16,821 nt of DNA from Candidatus Hydrogenedentota bacterium. GTDB lineage: Bacteria > Hydrogenedentota > Hydrogenedentia > Hydrogenedentales > SLHB01. Under the pieces are notes generated by a model that was given only the letters and a program-made list of their open reading frames with translations, made no database searches and had not been told where the DNA came from. The stretch spans positions 1 to 16,821 of the forward strand of contig BTWA01000065.1 of assembly GCA_045863295.1 (NCBI GenBank), given 5' to 3'. How positions within the stretch are numbered: position 1 is the stretch's first letter; each line of letters starts with the position of its first letter. This document shows, piece after piece, positions 15,029 to 16,821 of this stretch. Made by a program: the position numbers and the translations under genes.

Positions 15029-16606
15029 ATGAATGACTACTTTGCCTACATTCGCGTTTCAACAGTTCGCCAAGGCGAGCGTGGCGTATCCCTGACTGAA
15101 CAAAGAGATGCTATTGCGCGATACGCAACTGCCAATTCCTTAAACATCCGAGACTGGTTTGAAGAACGTGAAACGGCCGCAAAAAGCGGCAGGCCTGTAT
15201 TCTCAAAAATGCTAGAGCAACTCAAGCGCGGACTAGCAAAGGGTATTGTGATTCACAAAATCGACCGCAGCAGTCGGAATCTGCGAGACTGGGCCAACTT
15301 GGGCGAACTACTTGACAGCGGAGTTGATGTCCGGTTCGCCCACGAAGGCCTTGATCTGAATTCGCGCGGCGGACGGCTCTCAGCGGATATACAGGCAGTT
15401 GTTGCTGCTGACTATATCCGCAATCTGCGGGAAGAAACGCGCAAGGGGTTCTATGGGCGACTTAAACAGGGTTTGTATCCCCTGGCCGCTCCGTTAGGCT
15501 ATAAAGACAATGGGGCGGGAAAGCCAAAATCCATTTGTCCCATCAACGGACCGATAGTACGCAGTGGATTTGAAGCATACGCGACTGGGCTCTACTCTCT
15601 CGACAGGCTTACGGAAGAACTATATGAATGGGGACTTCGAACCCGTTATGGCGGGAAATTGACACTCGGTGCTGTAGCAGAGTTGTTGAAAAACCCATTT
15701 TACATTGGCCAAATCCGAATCCGCAGCACCAATGAAATTTTTGCTGGTTTACATGAACCGCTCATCAATACGAGCCTGTTCAAACATGTACAAGCGGTTT
15801 TCGAGGGACGAATGCCTAAACGCACTCGAACCCACGAGTTTCTCTTCCGTCAAATCTTTACATGCAAAGCTTGCGGCTGCTATCTAATTGGCGAGTACCA
15901 GAAAGGACATGTCTATTATCGTTGTCACTCCAGGCGTTGCCGAATGACCTGCATACGCGAAAACCTCCTTGAAGACGCTACTGCTGCTTCTCTGTCTCGC
16001 ATAAAACTAACTACGGAGGAAATTGCCAATTTGAAGGACGTTGCCAATGAAGCCCAGGCAGAATTCACAAAAAACAGGCAGAAGGTCCTCGCTTCGTTGG
16101 AACTGAAGAAGACCGCTATTAACGGGAGGTTAGATCGACTCCTAGATGCATACTTAGACCAATGTATCTCCAAGGCTGACTATGAGCACCGTAAGAAGAG
16201 CGTTTTACTTGATATCAGTCTTATTGAAGAAAGACTGCGGAACTTGCATAGCGATTCAACGCATGAGGAAAAAATTACTATGGAACTACTCGAACTACTT
16301 AAAACCCTTGATTTAAGCCATAAAACAGGCAAAATATCAGATAGCCGCGAATTACTCAGAACTATATACTCGAACCGTGTAGTACTTGGAAAAAACGTTG
16401 AATTAGAGCCAAATATTCCATTTCGCGAACTATCAAATCGCCCCATTTTAACGAATTGTTGCCCTTTCGGAGACACGAGTCGAACTTGGTGGAAAGAATT
16501 TCTTAAGCGACATATTGCGCGTACTATGGGTGACATTTCCAAGAACGATTCACCAAGTGAACCCAAATCTGACAAGAAGCCACGAGGTCGGCCGAGATTG
16601 AACTGA
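15029..16606 (+). CDS. Second large serine recombinase
   Basis: YFAYIRVSTVRQ (catalytic Ser), GRPVF..ML, HKIDRSSRN, APLGY, LLKNPFYIG, HEPLI, zinc ribbon CKACG...YYRCHSRRC, coiled coil. Confidence 0.95.
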   Translation: MNDYFAYIRVSTVRQGERGVSLTEQRDAIARYATANSLNIRDWFEERETAAKSGRPVFSKMLEQLKRGLAKGIVIHKIDRSSRNLRDWANLGELLDSGVDVRFAHEGLDLNSRGGRLSADIQAVVAADYIRNLREETRKGFYGRLKQGLYPLAAPLGYKDNGAGKPKSICPINGPIVRSGFEAYATGLYSLDRLTEELYEWGLRTRYGGKLTLGAVAELLKNPFYIGQIRIRSTNEIFAGLHEPLINTSLFKHVQAVFEGRMPKRTRTHEFLFRQIFTCKACGCYLIGEYQKGHVYYRCHSRRCRMTCIRENLLEDATAASLSRIKLTTEEIANLKDVANEAQAEFTKNRQKVLASLELKKTAINGRLDRLLDAYLDQCISKADYEHRKKSVLLDISLIEERLRNLHSDSTHEEKITMELLELLKTLDLSHKTGKISDSRELLRTIYSNRVVLGKNVELEPNIPFRELSNRPILTNCCPFGDTSRTWWKEFLKRHIARTMGDISKNDSPSEPKSDKKPRGRPRLN

Positions 16607-16686
16607 TGGGTCTTAGTGGATCATGCGGTCAGTTTACGCTACTGGTTCATGAGATAAAGGAGGGCAGGTGTGACGTTTGGTGACCT

Positions 16687-16821
16687 TTATGGACAAGGTA
16701 GGTTAGTAAAACTATTCTGTTGCACCTTCTCTGGCAAGCACCGTACAAACCATCCTATTGGCACTATGAGCTTACCCCCATCTTTCGACAGGTACGGGGT
16801 TAAATTAAGCGATAATAGTAC
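16687..16821 (-). CDS. Possible 3' end of a minus-strand gene entering from beyond the window
   Basis: One minus frame is open for 44 codons from the window edge to TAA at 16689-16687 (VLLSLNLTPYLSKDGGKLIVPIGWF...). No motif recognised. Confidence 0.2.
   Translation of the reverse strand, partial: VLLSLNLTPYLSKDGGKLIVPIGWFVRCLPEKVQQNSFTNLPCP

Larger units (their letters stand above)
9578..16821. mobile_element. Integrative element / genomic island inserted in comM; right end outside window; possibly composite (two serine recombinases)
   Basis: Truncated comM, adjacent large serine recombinase, TA pair, DUF932-like gene, XRE regulator, RuvC-like genes, second recombinase and AT-richer sequence towards the right. 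No comM 3' half found in the window. Confidence 0.88.

Noticed and set aside
16451..16471. ACGAATTGTTGCCCTTTCGGA (TNCCPFG) resembles the comM target MNPCPCG and could be the right junction
   Set aside because: The following sequence (DTSRTWWKEF...) is not ComM in any frame I can read, and only 7 of 11 bases match the left junction. Treated as coincidence or at most a relic.
16455..16490. GAGTCGAAC resembles the reverse complement of a tRNA T-loop (possible tRNA-derived att)
   Set aside because: No matching T-stem, acceptor stem or correctly spaced CCA; no cloverleaf.

Overview
The window has two parts. The left part (1-9580) is host chromosome, all on the + strand. It holds the 3' end of a large gene with a tethered C-terminal ferredoxin domain, a translationally coupled rnfC-D-G-E-A cluster with a small TM+Cys ORF where rnfB often sits, a long-chain polyprenyl diphosphate synthase, a probably secreted GH42-like glycoside hydrolase, and comM/yifB. 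comM is cut exactly at its conserved AMNP|CPCG motif. The right part (about 9578 to beyond the window end) is an integrated element. Its first large serine recombinase (minus strand) reads across the junction and ends on the antisense strand of comM. Next come a self-contained hicB-hicA cassette and a minus-strand operon: XRE-HTH, two tandem RuvC-fold nucleases, a structured 120-nt spacer, DUF932-like gene, small ORF, terminator. Divergent from that are a small ORF and a second, AT-richer large serine recombinase ending in an AT-hook-like motif. The right boundary and the 3' half of comM are not in the window. All family calls come from motif recognition by eye; no searches were run.
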